Shown one piece after another: positions 15,923 to 24,406 of a stretch of DNA of 31,424 nt. The notes beneath the pieces are model-generated. The model searched no databases and had not been told where the DNA came from. It saw only the letters and a program-made list of their open reading frames with translations. Within the stretch, counting starts at the first letter, position 1; each line of letters starts with the position of its first letter. The translations under genes and the position numbers were made by a program. Source of the stretch: a virus; the IMG/VR virus record IMGVR_UViG_3300000133_000001, positions 1 through 31,424 of that record, one strand, 5' to 3'.

Positions 15923-15953
15923 TACAAATTACTATTTTTTATACGTTATATAA
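15923..15953 (+). promoter_or_regulatory. Putative phage late promoter, copy 5 (TACAAA-N15-CGTTATATAA)
   Basis: CGTTATATAA at 15944-15953 ends 3 nt before the ATG at 15957. It lies directly after the 15888-15917 terminator. Confidence 0.65.
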
Positions 15954-15956
15954 GTA

Positions 15957-16346
15957 ATGATATTATTTAACACAACTGCCACAAATCAATTTACTATAAT
16001 ACCTAGAGATTATGTATCAAATGCATATATGACTATTAGAGATGATAGCACAAATGTAACTGTTGATTATACATTAGTACCTAGAGTTGCTGGTAGTGGT
16101 AATATTGAAATTTCAAATGATACCTACAATGTATATAATGATACCTATTCAAATTTAGTTGAGGGGCATTTTTATGATTTAACTATATATTCAGACATAG
16201 CAAAAACAAATGTAATATATAAGGATAGGATTTTCTGTACTGCACAAAAAGCAGAAATTGATGCAGATAACAATTATTTCTATAAAGTAAATAAAGACCA
16301 ATATACAGAATACGATGGTTTCAATAATGACTATATTGTAATATGA
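15957..16346 (+). CDS. Hypothetical virion-module protein (129 aa)
   Basis: First gene behind late promoter copy 5. ATGA overlap with the portal gene. Confidence 0.65.
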   Translation: MILFNTTATNQFTIIPRDYVSNAYMTIRDDSTNVTVDYTLVPRVAGSGNIEISNDTYNVYNDTYSNLVEGHFYDLTIYSDIAKTNVIYKDRIFCTAQKAEIDADNNYFYKVNKDQYTEYDGFNNDYIVI

Positions 16347-18382
16347 GAAAAAGAAACGAAAAAGGACAATTTAGCAAAACAAAAGTATCAGAGTTTGGCT
16401 TTGTAAATTTAAGTACATACACATCACCAGAGGTAAAAGAAGTTAATGGTGCTGATTGGATTGAATATGGTGCAGATAACAACTATTTTCAATTCCTTAT
16501 CGATAGATATAATGGTTCACCTACAAACAATGCAGCTATAAATGGTATATCACAAGCTATTTATGGTAAAGGTTTAAATGCAACAGATAGCAATAGAAAA
16601 CCAAATGAGTATGCACAGATGATTTCTTTGTTTAGGAAAGATGTTGTACGTAGGGCTTGTTATGATCTTAAACTTATGGGGCAAGCTGCAATACAAGTTA
16701 TCTACTCAAAGGATAGAAGCAAGATTGTTCAACTAGAACATATGCCTATTGAAACATTAAGAGCAGAAAAATGTGATGAAGATGGAAATGTACCAGCTTA
16801 TTACTATTTTAATGATTGGGCTAACATAAAAAAGACTGATGAACCATTAAGAATACCAGCTTTTGGTATGTCTAATGAAGAAATTGAGATATACTACATA
16901 AAACCTTATAAGAGTGGTTTCTATTACTACTCACCCGTAGACTATCAAGGAGGCTTGCAGTACGCAGAACTCGAAGAAGAGGTATCAAACTACCACCTCA
17001 ACAACATTATGAATGGTTTATCGCCATCGATGTTAATTAACTTTAACAACGGTACTCCTAACCAACAAGAAAGACAATTAATAGAAACGAAAATAGCATC
17101 TAAATTTTCGGGAACCAGCAATGCGGGCAAGTTCATACTAGCTTTTAATGACAATAAAGAAAGCCAAGCAGAAATAACACCAGTACAATTAAGTGATGCT
17201 CATAATCAGTATCAATTTTTGTCAGAAGAAAGCACGTCCAAAATCCAAATTGCCCATAGGGTGGTCTCACCTTTTTTATTAGGTATACAAACAAAAAACG
17301 GTTTTTCGTCAAATGCAGATGAAATAAAGACTGCATCTTTGTTAATGGATAACACCGTTATAAGACCATTTCAAGAACTTTTAATTGATAGCTTTGATAA
17401 TATACTAGCTTACAACGAAATCAGCTTAAACCTATACTTTACGACCTTACAGCCACTAGAATTTACAGAGGTAGACCAATCACTTCAAGACAATGAAACT
17501 ATTGAAGAAGAAACTGGTGTTGAAATGGCAGTTAATCTAAAAAAGATAGATGGCAAAGATGTATACAAAACCAAAGAAGAAGCTGAAAAAGTAGCAGATG
17601 AAATGGGTTGTGGTGGATCACACGAACACGAAATAGAGGGTGTTGTTTACTATATGCCTTGTGTATCACACGAAGAACTTAAAGCACCTTGTTGGGATGG
17701 ATATGAGCAAATAGGCACAAAAACAAAAGATGGCAAAGAAGTACCAAATTGTGTACCATTAAAACAAGAACTAACTGATGAAATGGCAACAGCTATTTTA
17801 GAAAACTTAAAGTATGAAACCATAACTGATGAATATGAATTGGTTGAAACTAGAGAGTATTCAGAAGAAAATAAAAGCACAGAAGATTGGGCAAAGTCAC
17901 TTATAAAAAGAAAACTATCAAGAATAAGAAAGTTTGCAGATTTTATAACATCAAAGCCTAATGAAGAAAGCAAGTTAGATAAATCATTTTACAAGATTAG
18001 ATACACATACCAACAAAGGGTTTCACCATCATCTACCAAAACTGGTAAAAGCAGAGATTTTTGCAAAACAATGATGGGCAGAACTAGTAAGGGTGTTGTG
18101 TATAGAAAAGAAGATATAGACAATGCATCTTTTTCTGGTGTGAATAATAACTTTGGTCATAAAGGACAAAATTATTCGCTTTTCCGCTTCAAGGGCGGTA
18201 TATACTGTGGACATTACTGGAGGGAAGAATTGTATAGAATGAAAAGTGAAACTGAAAAATACATATCAAGAGGTAAAGAAGTTAAATCAATACCAAACAA
18301 ATTTCAACCAAAAGGAACACAATACAAAGAAGCTGGTGAAGCACCAACTACTTGGACAGATAGAGGTGCATACCCAAACTAG
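16343..18382 (+). CDS. Portal protein with a C-terminal Cys-rich and MuF-like extension (679 aa)
   Basis: The first ~375 aa look portal-like (..GADWIEYGADNNYFQFLIDRYNGSPTNNAAINGISQAIYGKGL.. and ..SNAGKFILAF..PVQL..). The C-terminal ~300 aa carry GCGGSHEHEIEGVVYYMPCVSHEELKAPCWDGYEQIGTKTKDGKEVPNCVP and then ..KSRDFCKTMMG..VVYRKEDI..FRFKGGIYCGHYW.., which resembles head-morphogenesis (SPP1 gp7/Mu F) domains. Confidence 0.65.
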   Translation: MRKRNEKGQFSKTKVSEFGFVNLSTYTSPEVKEVNGADWIEYGADNNYFQFLIDRYNGSPTNNAAINGISQAIYGKGLNATDSNRKPNEYAQMISLFRKDVVRRACYDLKLMGQAAIQVIYSKDRSKIVQLEHMPIETLRAEKCDEDGNVPAYYYFNDWANIKKTDEPLRIPAFGMSNEEIEIYYIKPYKSGFYYYSPVDYQGGLQYAELEEEVSNYHLNNIMNGLSPSMLINFNNGTPNQQERQLIETKIASKFSGTSNAGKFILAFNDNKESQAEITPVQLSDAHNQYQFLSEESTSKIQIAHRVVSPFLLGIQTKNGFSSNADEIKTASLLMDNTVIRPFQELLIDSFDNILAYNEISLNLYFTTLQPLEFTEVDQSLQDNETIEEETGVEMAVNLKKIDGKDVYKTKEEAEKVADEMGCGGSHEHEIEGVVYYMPCVSHEELKAPCWDGYEQIGTKTKDGKEVPNCVPLKQELTDEMATAILENLKYETITDEYELVETREYSEENKSTEDWAKSLIKRKLSRIRKFADFITSKPNEESKLDKSFYKIRYTYQQRVSPSSTKTGKSRDFCKTMMGRTSKGVVYRKEDIDNASFSGVNNNFGHKGQNYSLFRFKGGIYCGHYWREELYRMKSETEKYISRGKEVKSIPNKFQPKGTQYKEAGEAPTTWTDRGAYPN

Positions 18383-18388
18383 AAAAAT

Positions 18389-18898
18389 ATGGCAACAGTA
18401 TTATTTATAAATAGAACAGATTTAGTAAGAAACTCTATCATTGATGGGAATGTAGATACTGATAAATTTATACAGTTTATTAAGATTGCACAACAGATAG
18501 ACATTCAGCAAATTATAGGTACAAATATGTATACTGGTTTAACTGATGCTATAGTGGGTGGAATTGATTTACCAGCTAATGCAAGATGGAAGTTAATTCT
18601 TGATGAATATATTGTTGAAATGCTTATATGGTATGCACAGAGCAATTATATCCCTTTTGCAGCTTACCAAATTAAAAACGGTGGTGTATATAAACACACA
18701 TCTGAAAATGCACAAACTGTAGATAAGAATGAGGTTGATTTTTTAGTTGAGAAAGCAAGAACCAATGCAGAATGGTATTCAAGACGTTTTATAGACTTTA
18801 TGAGTTTTAACCAAGCTACATATCCAGAGTACACAAATAACGTCAATGATGACATCTATCCGAGTTATGAGGCTACGTTTAATGGATGGGTACTATGA
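18389..18898 (+). CDS. Putative head-tail connector/adaptor (gp6-like)
   Basis: It follows the portal gene. N-terminus FINRTDLVRNSIIDGNVDTDKFIQFIKIAQQIDIQQIIG fits the pattern of gp6-like connector proteins. Confidence 0.45.
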   Translation: MATVLFINRTDLVRNSIIDGNVDTDKFIQFIKIAQQIDIQQIIGTNMYTGLTDAIVGGIDLPANARWKLILDEYIVEMLIWYAQSNYIPFAAYQIKNGGVYKHTSENAQTVDKNEVDFLVEKARTNAEWYSRRFIDFMSFNQATYPEYTNNVNDDIYPSYEATFNGWVL

Positions 18899-18966
18899 GT
18901 TACAAACCAAAGGCAAAGAACATTGAGAAGCTTAAAATCTTTTTAAAGAAAAAAAACAAGAAGTAA
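18895..18966 (+). CDS. Tiny basic ORF (23 aa; MSYKPKAKNIEKLKIFLKKKNKK)
   Basis: Hand-translated. ATGA overlap upstream and TAATG overlap downstream. Confidence 0.3.
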   Translation: MSYKPKAKNIEKLKIFLKKKNKK

Positions 18967-19166
18967 TGGCAAACGAAATATATTATAAAAGTTGGTGGGG
19001 CAGAGGTGTTTGTGATAATACTGTTGGCTGGGGTATTGTGTACAAAATCTATGCGGGTTGTAGTGCAGTACCAGCATTGTTAGAATTACTTAAAGCAAGG
19101 GCAACGTATTATGAAAATGAGGCTTGTACAACCTCAATATTAGATGAATTAGAAATTATACAATAA
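18966..19166 (+). CDS. Hypothetical protein (66 aa, Cys/Trp-containing)
   Basis: Start and stop are coupled to both neighbours (TAATG overlaps). Confidence 0.6.
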   Translation: MANEIYYKSWWGRGVCDNTVGWGIVYKIYAGCSAVPALLELLKARATYYENEACTTSILDELEIIQ

Positions 19167-22100
19167 TGGCAAATAACCTTTTAGATAAAGCAAGTATCAT
19201 ACTAACACCAACCGCGTATGACAATGGCAAAGCACTTTGTGTGAAGCCAAGTGATGGAAGTGGAGACTTTCAATTTAGCAGAAATTCTGCCGCCACGCGC
19301 GTAAATGCTCAAGGTCTAGTTGAAAACGTACAGATACTATCGAGTAACCTAGTGCAAAATCCATCGTTTTCAGAGCAAGGTGCAGAGGAAGTTTCTAACG
19401 GCAGTTTTTCACAAGAGGGGGTGCAGCTTGTTACAAATGGCGATTTTGCTAATGGTTTTACAAATTGGGTAACATACGGAAACACAAGTGTTCTTAATGG
19501 TGTAGCTACAATAGGGGCGAGTGGAAATTCGGGTATTTATCAAAGTATTTTAAGCCAAAACAAAAGCTATAAAGTAACAATAAATGTTACTGATTATAAT
19601 GGGGTTGGTCAAGCACAAGTATCAAATGATTTAGGACAAGTTTTATATACTATTACTGGAGTAGGTGAGCAAACATTTTATTTTAATCATAGTATAACAA
19701 ATTTAAACTTAATTATTAGGGGGTTATCAAATGCACTTTTCTCAATAGACAACGTTTCAGTACGTGAAGTCGGTCAAAATTGGGTGTTGGGTACTGGGAT
19801 TACTATATCTGAAAATCAAGCTAATTTTACTGGCAATCCTAATTCTTTTTTAACACAATCGGGTGTTGTAACATTAAACAAAACTTATAAAGCTACTTTT
19901 ACTATTAGTAATTATATTTCGGGTGCTATTGATATTAATCTTGGAGGCTCTACAAGGCAAGGGAATATAAGTGCTAATGGAACGTATACTTTTTATATAA
20001 CAGTACCAAGTGGAAATATACTTTACTTCCAAGAAGATTTTTCAAGTGGTTTTATAGGCTCTATAACAAACATCTCGGTTAAAGAGGTGGGGCAAAATTG
20101 GACGTTGGGAACGGGATGGTCTATTGGCGATGGTGTAGCTAGTTGTGATGGGGCTGCGAATGGTCGTTACTTAAGTCAGATATCAAATAGTACATTGGTG
20201 TTAGGCAAAACTTATAAAGTAAATTTTGACCTTATCTACACAAGTGGAACTATTTTATTTATGTTAGCGTCAAGTAATCCTCTTACAAATACAAGTGGCA
20301 ATATAACAACGGGAGGCTCAAAAGAATTTTATATAACTATATCAACCTTGTCAGACCAATCAATATATTTTAGGTCGAATAGTTTTATAGGCTCTGTTAC
20401 AAACATATCAGTAATAGAAATAACAGACGATACTAACCTACCGAGAATAAACTACGAGGGGTTTAGTTATCAAGATGCTTTCGGAAGTGAATTGGTTGTA
20501 AATGGAGATTTTGCAAATAATTCTTGGTGGACTTTTGAAAGTGGTGTAAGTGTATCAAACAACAAAGCTAATTTTAACACTGCATTGACTAATTATGGTA
20601 TTTATAAAACTAATTTATTAACATCTAATAAATCTTATCAAGTTCAGTTTGAAATTACAAATTACACAAGTGGAGGTGTGCATTTTAATATTGGAGGTGT
20701 TGTATATGGCTCATATAATTCTGTTGGTGTTAAAACTTTAGTAGTTAATTCTTTAAGTGGAACAAATGTATTTGGCATACAATCAAATTCGGGTGGTGCA
20801 GTTTTATCTATAGACAACGTATCTGTAAAAGAAGTAACGGGGCAATCTGTAGTTCCAGAAAGTGGGTGCGGAAGTTGGTTGTTTGAGCCGCAGAGTACCA
20901 ACCTAATAACACAATCTGAAACATTTAGTGATGCGAGTTGGGTTAAGTTAAACACAACAATTACGGAAAATAACACAACAAGTCCAGATGGAACTTTAAA
21001 TTCTGATAAATTAACACCAAGCAATACAGTTGCATCAATTTTTATGTATAATCAAGTTACTTTTAATGCTTCTAATTATACTTTGTCTTTTTTCATTAAA
21101 TATGATGGTAGACAATATGTTCAATTATTGTTTGGAAGTAACGTATCTTTAGAATATTCTAACTTTGATTTAATTAATAAAACTGTTACATACGGTAATG
21201 GTAATATAGAGGATTATGGTAATGATTGGTATAAAATATCTTTAACTGCAAATGTAACCGCTGCAACATCGGAAGTATATTTATGGTCTATTGACAATCC
21301 TTTATCTTTAAGAGCATCTACATCTACTGGTAATGGGGTTGATGGCTATTACATATACGGAGCTCAAGCAGAACAACAATCCTACGCAACATCTTACATA
21401 CCAACCTCTGGCTCAACAGTTACACGTAATCAAGACGTATGCAACAATGGCGGTACGGGAGCGGGGTTAATAAATAGCACATCGGGGGTTCTATATTTTG
21501 AAGGCAGCTACCCCATAACTGCTGTTGGAAGTGGAAACAAAGTAATAGGAATTAGCGATGGAACAAGCAGTAATAGGGTTGTGTTTGCTGAAGTTGGAAA
21601 TACTGGGTTAGCTGCCTTAATAACATCTCAAGGTGTAAATTCAGCTTATATAACTGGAAGTTTAGACAATTTATCAAATTTTAAAGCTGCGATTTCATAT
21701 AAACAAAATGATTTTGCACTATGGATTAACGGTCTTAAAGTTGCAACAGATACGAGTGGAAATACACCAATAGGATTAAATGAAGTAGCTTTTGATGCGG
21801 GAGACGGCACAAAACCTTTCTACGGCAAAACAAAAGCCGTTGCAGTTTGGAAAGAGGCTTTAAGCGACCAAGAACTTGCAGACCTTACATATCCAACACC
21901 AACATTTCCAACATTTACTTTAGACTTTAATACAATAGCAGAGCAGTTTACATTTGCTAGAGGATCTGAAGCTACATACGTAGATGCACAAGGGTTAATA
22001 CAAAGTACTAATGTGCTAGGTTCGGAGCAGATTACAAATGGCTCGTTTGATACAGATAGTAATTGGACTAAAGAAGTGGGGTGGAATATAAGTAATGGCT

Positions 22101-23356
22101 CTTTAAATGCGTCAGCAACAACAAATCAAGCATATCAACTTAATACTGGAATAGTTACAAATAAAACTTATAAAGTTACCTATACTATATCAAATTATGT
22201 TAGTGGCTCTGTTAGAATAGAATTAGGCTCTTTCAATGTTTCAGTAGGTGCTGAAAGAAGTGCAAACGGGACGTACACCGAATACATAGTAGCACTTGGT
22301 AATGATGCAATACTTTTTGATGGTATTATATCTTTTACTGGCTCAATAGACAATGTATCCGTAAAAGAATACATAACTGCAACTAACACTCCTAGACTAG
22401 ATTACTCAACGGGAGCAGAGGCATTCTTGTTAGAACCGCAGAGTACAAATTTATATTCTTATTCGGAAGATTTCAGCAATGCTGCTTGGAATAAATCCGC
22501 AGCAACAGTAGTTATTACGTCTAATGTTGCACCCGATGGAACAACAAATAACGTATATAATTTAACTGGTACAAATGCTAATTTATATACTGGTGGAACT
22601 GCTGGGGTTGAATATACTGTTTCTGTTTATGCAAAAAGCAATGGTCAAGGAAAAGATAATTTTAAATTAAGATTAGGAAATAGTACATCTTCATCAATTA
22701 CTGTAACAGATGAGTGGGTAAGATATCAATTTACTGCAACACCAACTACAACAGTATTTGGATTGACAGTTGATAGTAGCCCAAATAATGAATGGGATAT
22801 TTTAATTTGGGGCGCGCAATTAGAACAACAATCATACGCAACATCTTACATCCCATCTGAAGGCTCACAAACCACAAGAAATCAAGAAACTTGTAACAAC
22901 GCAACACCAGAGATAAACAGCGAGGAAGGGGTATTGTATGCAGAAATTAGTGCTTTAAATCAAACTGCAAATGTATCTCAATATATTACCATAAGTGATG
23001 GAACATATAACAATAGAGCATCAATTTTATTTTCTAATGGTGGCACAAATACTATAAGAACATTTTTAAGAGTTGGAGGAGTGTCGCAAATAGATGTGAG
23101 TAATGCAGTTAGTGATGTAACAGACTTTAATAAAATAGCCTTTAGTTATAAAGAAAATAATTTTAAAATATATCTTAATGGTGTTCTTGTTTCAACCGAT
23201 ACAAGTGGCTCGGTATGGTCTGCCGATACAATTACAAAATTATCTTTTAGTGAAATAAATACAACCGCGGGAGCTTTCTACGGAAACACTAAAGACGTAC
23301 AAGTTTACACAAAAGCATTATCGGATGCGGAATTAATAAAATTAACAACAATATAA
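19166..23356 (+). CDS. Tail fibre / receptor-binding protein (1396 aa) with internally duplicated modules
   Basis: Largest ORF. It contains five ~106-111-aa beta-sandwich (CBM-like) repeats, two copies of an LEPQSTNL..SPDGT..YI(Y/W)GAQ(A/L)EQQSYATSYIP module, and two LamG/ConA-like modules ending ..FYG(K/N)TK.V.V(W/Y).(E/K)ALSD.EL..LT. Confidence 0.85.
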   Translation: MANNLLDKASIILTPTAYDNGKALCVKPSDGSGDFQFSRNSAATRVNAQGLVENVQILSSNLVQNPSFSEQGAEEVSNGSFSQEGVQLVTNGDFANGFTNWVTYGNTSVLNGVATIGASGNSGIYQSILSQNKSYKVTINVTDYNGVGQAQVSNDLGQVLYTITGVGEQTFYFNHSITNLNLIIRGLSNALFSIDNVSVREVGQNWVLGTGITISENQANFTGNPNSFLTQSGVVTLNKTYKATFTISNYISGAIDINLGGSTRQGNISANGTYTFYITVPSGNILYFQEDFSSGFIGSITNISVKEVGQNWTLGTGWSIGDGVASCDGAANGRYLSQISNSTLVLGKTYKVNFDLIYTSGTILFMLASSNPLTNTSGNITTGGSKEFYITISTLSDQSIYFRSNSFIGSVTNISVIEITDDTNLPRINYEGFSYQDAFGSELVVNGDFANNSWWTFESGVSVSNNKANFNTALTNYGIYKTNLLTSNKSYQVQFEITNYTSGGVHFNIGGVVYGSYNSVGVKTLVVNSLSGTNVFGIQSNSGGAVLSIDNVSVKEVTGQSVVPESGCGSWLFEPQSTNLITQSETFSDASWVKLNTTITENNTTSPDGTLNSDKLTPSNTVASIFMYNQVTFNASNYTLSFFIKYDGRQYVQLLFGSNVSLEYSNFDLINKTVTYGNGNIEDYGNDWYKISLTANVTAATSEVYLWSIDNPLSLRASTSTGNGVDGYYIYGAQAEQQSYATSYIPTSGSTVTRNQDVCNNGGTGAGLINSTSGVLYFEGSYPITAVGSGNKVIGISDGTSSNRVVFAEVGNTGLAALITSQGVNSAYITGSLDNLSNFKAAISYKQNDFALWINGLKVATDTSGNTPIGLNEVAFDAGDGTKPFYGKTKAVAVWKEALSDQELADLTYPTPTFPTFTLDFNTIAEQFTFARGSEATYVDAQGLIQSTNVLGSEQITNGSFDTDSNWTKEVGWNISNGSLNASATTNQAYQLNTGIVTNKTYKVTYTISNYVSGSVRIELGSFNVSVGAERSANGTYTEYIVALGNDAILFDGIISFTGSIDNVSVKEYITATNTPRLDYSTGAEAFLLEPQSTNLYSYSEDFSNAAWNKSAATVVITSNVAPDGTTNNVYNLTGTNANLYTGGTAGVEYTVSVYAKSNGQGKDNFKLRLGNSTSSSITVTDEWVRYQFTATPTTTVFGLTVDSSPNNEWDILIWGAQLEQQSYATSYIPSEGSQTTRNQETCNNATPEINSEEGVLYAEISALNQTANVSQYITISDGTYNNRASILFSNGGTNTIRTFLRVGGVSQIDVSNAVSDVTDFNKIAFSYKENNFKIYLNGVLVSTDTSGSVWSADTITKLSFSEINTTAGAFYGNTKDVQVYTKALSDAELIKLTTI
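19430..20837 (+). repeat. Four tandem diverged CBM-like domain repeats inside the fibre gene
   Basis: Each unit ends with the anchor S-I-(D/T)-N-(V/I)-S-V-(K/R/I)-E at 19742-19771, 20060-20089, 20393-20422 and 20808-20837. Each carries an N/G-K-(S/T)-Y-(K/Q)-(V/A)-x-(F/I/Y)-x-(I/V/L)-x-x-Y motif. Confidence 0.85.
20876..21888 (+). repeat. Fibre distal module, copy A (LEPQSTNL domain plus LamG-like domain)
   Basis: WLFEPQSTNLITQSETFSDASW..SPDGTLNSDKL..YIYGAQAEQQSYATSYIPTSGSTVTRNQDVCNN..GVLYFEG..FALWINGLKVATDTSG..FYGKTKAVAVWKEALSDQELADLT. Confidence 0.8.
22031..22372 (+). repeat. Fifth CBM-like repeat (in the second fibre unit)
   Basis: ITNGSFDTDSNW..NKTYKVTYTISNYVSGS..SIDNVSVKEY. The anchor is at 22343-22372. 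Confidence 0.8.
22424..23353 (+). repeat. Fibre distal module, copy B (paralogue of 20876..21888)
   Basis: FLLEPQSTNLYSYSEDFSNAAW..APDGTTNNVYNL..ILIWGAQLEQQSYATSYIPSEGSQTTRNQETCNN..GVLYAEIS..FKIYLNGVLVSTDTSG..FYGNTKDVQVYTKALSDAELIKLT. Confidence 0.8.
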
Positions 23357-23357
23357 A

Positions 23358-23696
23358 ATGATGCAAATTTATAAGACTGTATTTGATACAGAACAACAAG
23401 GGAAAGATGTGCTAATATCTAAAGGGGTATGGCAAGAGGTAACCGAAGAAGGTGTAACGACTATGCAGTTTATAAATGGAACTGCTGCCGTTGTTTATAT
23501 TGGTAAGGTGGTTAAGATACCAGCAACATATGATAAAGATGGTAACGAACTTACACCACCAATTTATTACGATGGGGTTGCTTATGATATAATGAGCAGC
23601 GATTTACTTGATTTCGGAACTAATGAAGTGTATCCAGCAGATGAAGCTGCACATAGTTTTTACGGTTACCCTAGAAATGCGGAAGTGCCAAAATAA
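23358..23696 (+). CDS. Hypothetical protein (112 aa)
   Basis: Starts 2 nt after the fibre stop. No motif recognised. Confidence 0.65.
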   Translation: MMQIYKTVFDTEQQGKDVLISKGVWQEVTEEGVTTMQFINGTAAVVYIGKVVKIPATYDKDGNELTPPIYYDGVAYDIMSSDLLDFGTNEVYPADEAAHSFYGYPRNAEVPK

Positions 23697-23700
23697 TTTG

Positions 23701-23708
23701 TATATTTG
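23701..23708 (+). promoter_or_regulatory. Isolated TAnnTTTG (-7-like) box upstream of the lysis cassette
   Basis: TATATTTG at 23701-23708 lies 22 nt upstream of the ATG at 23730. No TTTG is present 19-21 nt upstream. Confidence 0.3.
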
Positions 23709-23729
23709 ATTAAATCAAAAAACAATATT

Positions 23730-23966
23730 ATGAAATTATCAAAAAGTGAATTAAAAGAATTTAAAGAGCAAGAACAGAAGAAACAAGCAATCTTACACGA
23801 TTTAGGTTTATTACAAACACAGTCACATACACTATCACATATGTTTGCAGAACTTGCTATGAAGCAAGAAAAGAACAAGAAGGATTTGGAAGCAAAGTAT
23901 GGTAACATAGAAGTAAACCTAGAAGATGGAACTTTTAAATTAATCACAGATGAAAAGAATAAGTAA
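23730..23966 (+). CDS. Hypothetical coiled-coil protein (78 aa)
   Basis: First ATG (MKLSKSELKEFKEQEQKK..). The track start at 23706 is TTG and lies inside the -7-like box. Confidence 0.55.
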   Translation: MKLSKSELKEFKEQEQKKQAILHDLGLLQTQSHTLSHMFAELAMKQEKNKKDLEAKYGNIEVNLEDGTFKLITDEKNK

Positions 23967-24405
23967 ACACATTTCTTACAAAGAAGCAGTTGGTTCTAAT
24001 TATGCAAAACAAAAAGGCATATCAAACAAACCAAATGAAGAACAAGTTGAGAATATGAAACTATTAGCTGAAGAAGTATTTGAACCATTAAGAGAGTGGG
24101 TAGGGTGTCCAATTAGGGTTAATAGTATGTTTAGGTCTTTGGAACTTAATACTGCCTTAAAAGGCTCTAAAACGTCATCTCATATGAAAGGTGAAGCAAT
24201 GGACATTACAAGAATGGCTTGTGGTAAAGAAAATTGTAAATCTAACCTAGATATGTTTCATTGGATAAAAGATAATTTAGATTTTGACCAGTTGATTTGG
24301 GAATTTGGAAAAGAACCAAAATGGTTACACGTTTCTTATAACAAAGACAACAATAGAAAACAAGTTTTAGTAACAAAAAAAAGAGGTGTGTATTACACTT
24401 ATTAA
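23950..24405 (+). CDS. Endolysin, peptidase M15 (VanY / D-Ala-D-Ala carboxypeptidase-like zinc peptidase)
   Basis: ..PIRVNSMFRSLELNTALKGSKTSSHMKGEAMDIT.. gives the SxHxxGxAxD zinc-binding motif, and ..PKWLHVSY.. supplies the third His ligand. Confidence 0.85.
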   Translation: MKRISKHISYKEAVGSNYAKQKGISNKPNEEQVENMKLLAEEVFEPLREWVGCPIRVNSMFRSLELNTALKGSKTSSHMKGEAMDITRMACGKENCKSNLDMFHWIKDNLDFDQLIWEFGKEPKWLHVSYNKDNNRKQVLVTKKRGVYYTY

Positions 24406-24406
24406 T

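Noticed and set aside
23701-23708. TATATTTG boxes at 23701 and 25115 as full host-type promoters
   Set aside because: Both lack a TTTG element 19-21 nt upstream. TAnnTTTG alone is expected by chance in such AT-rich DNA. They are kept only as low-confidence features.
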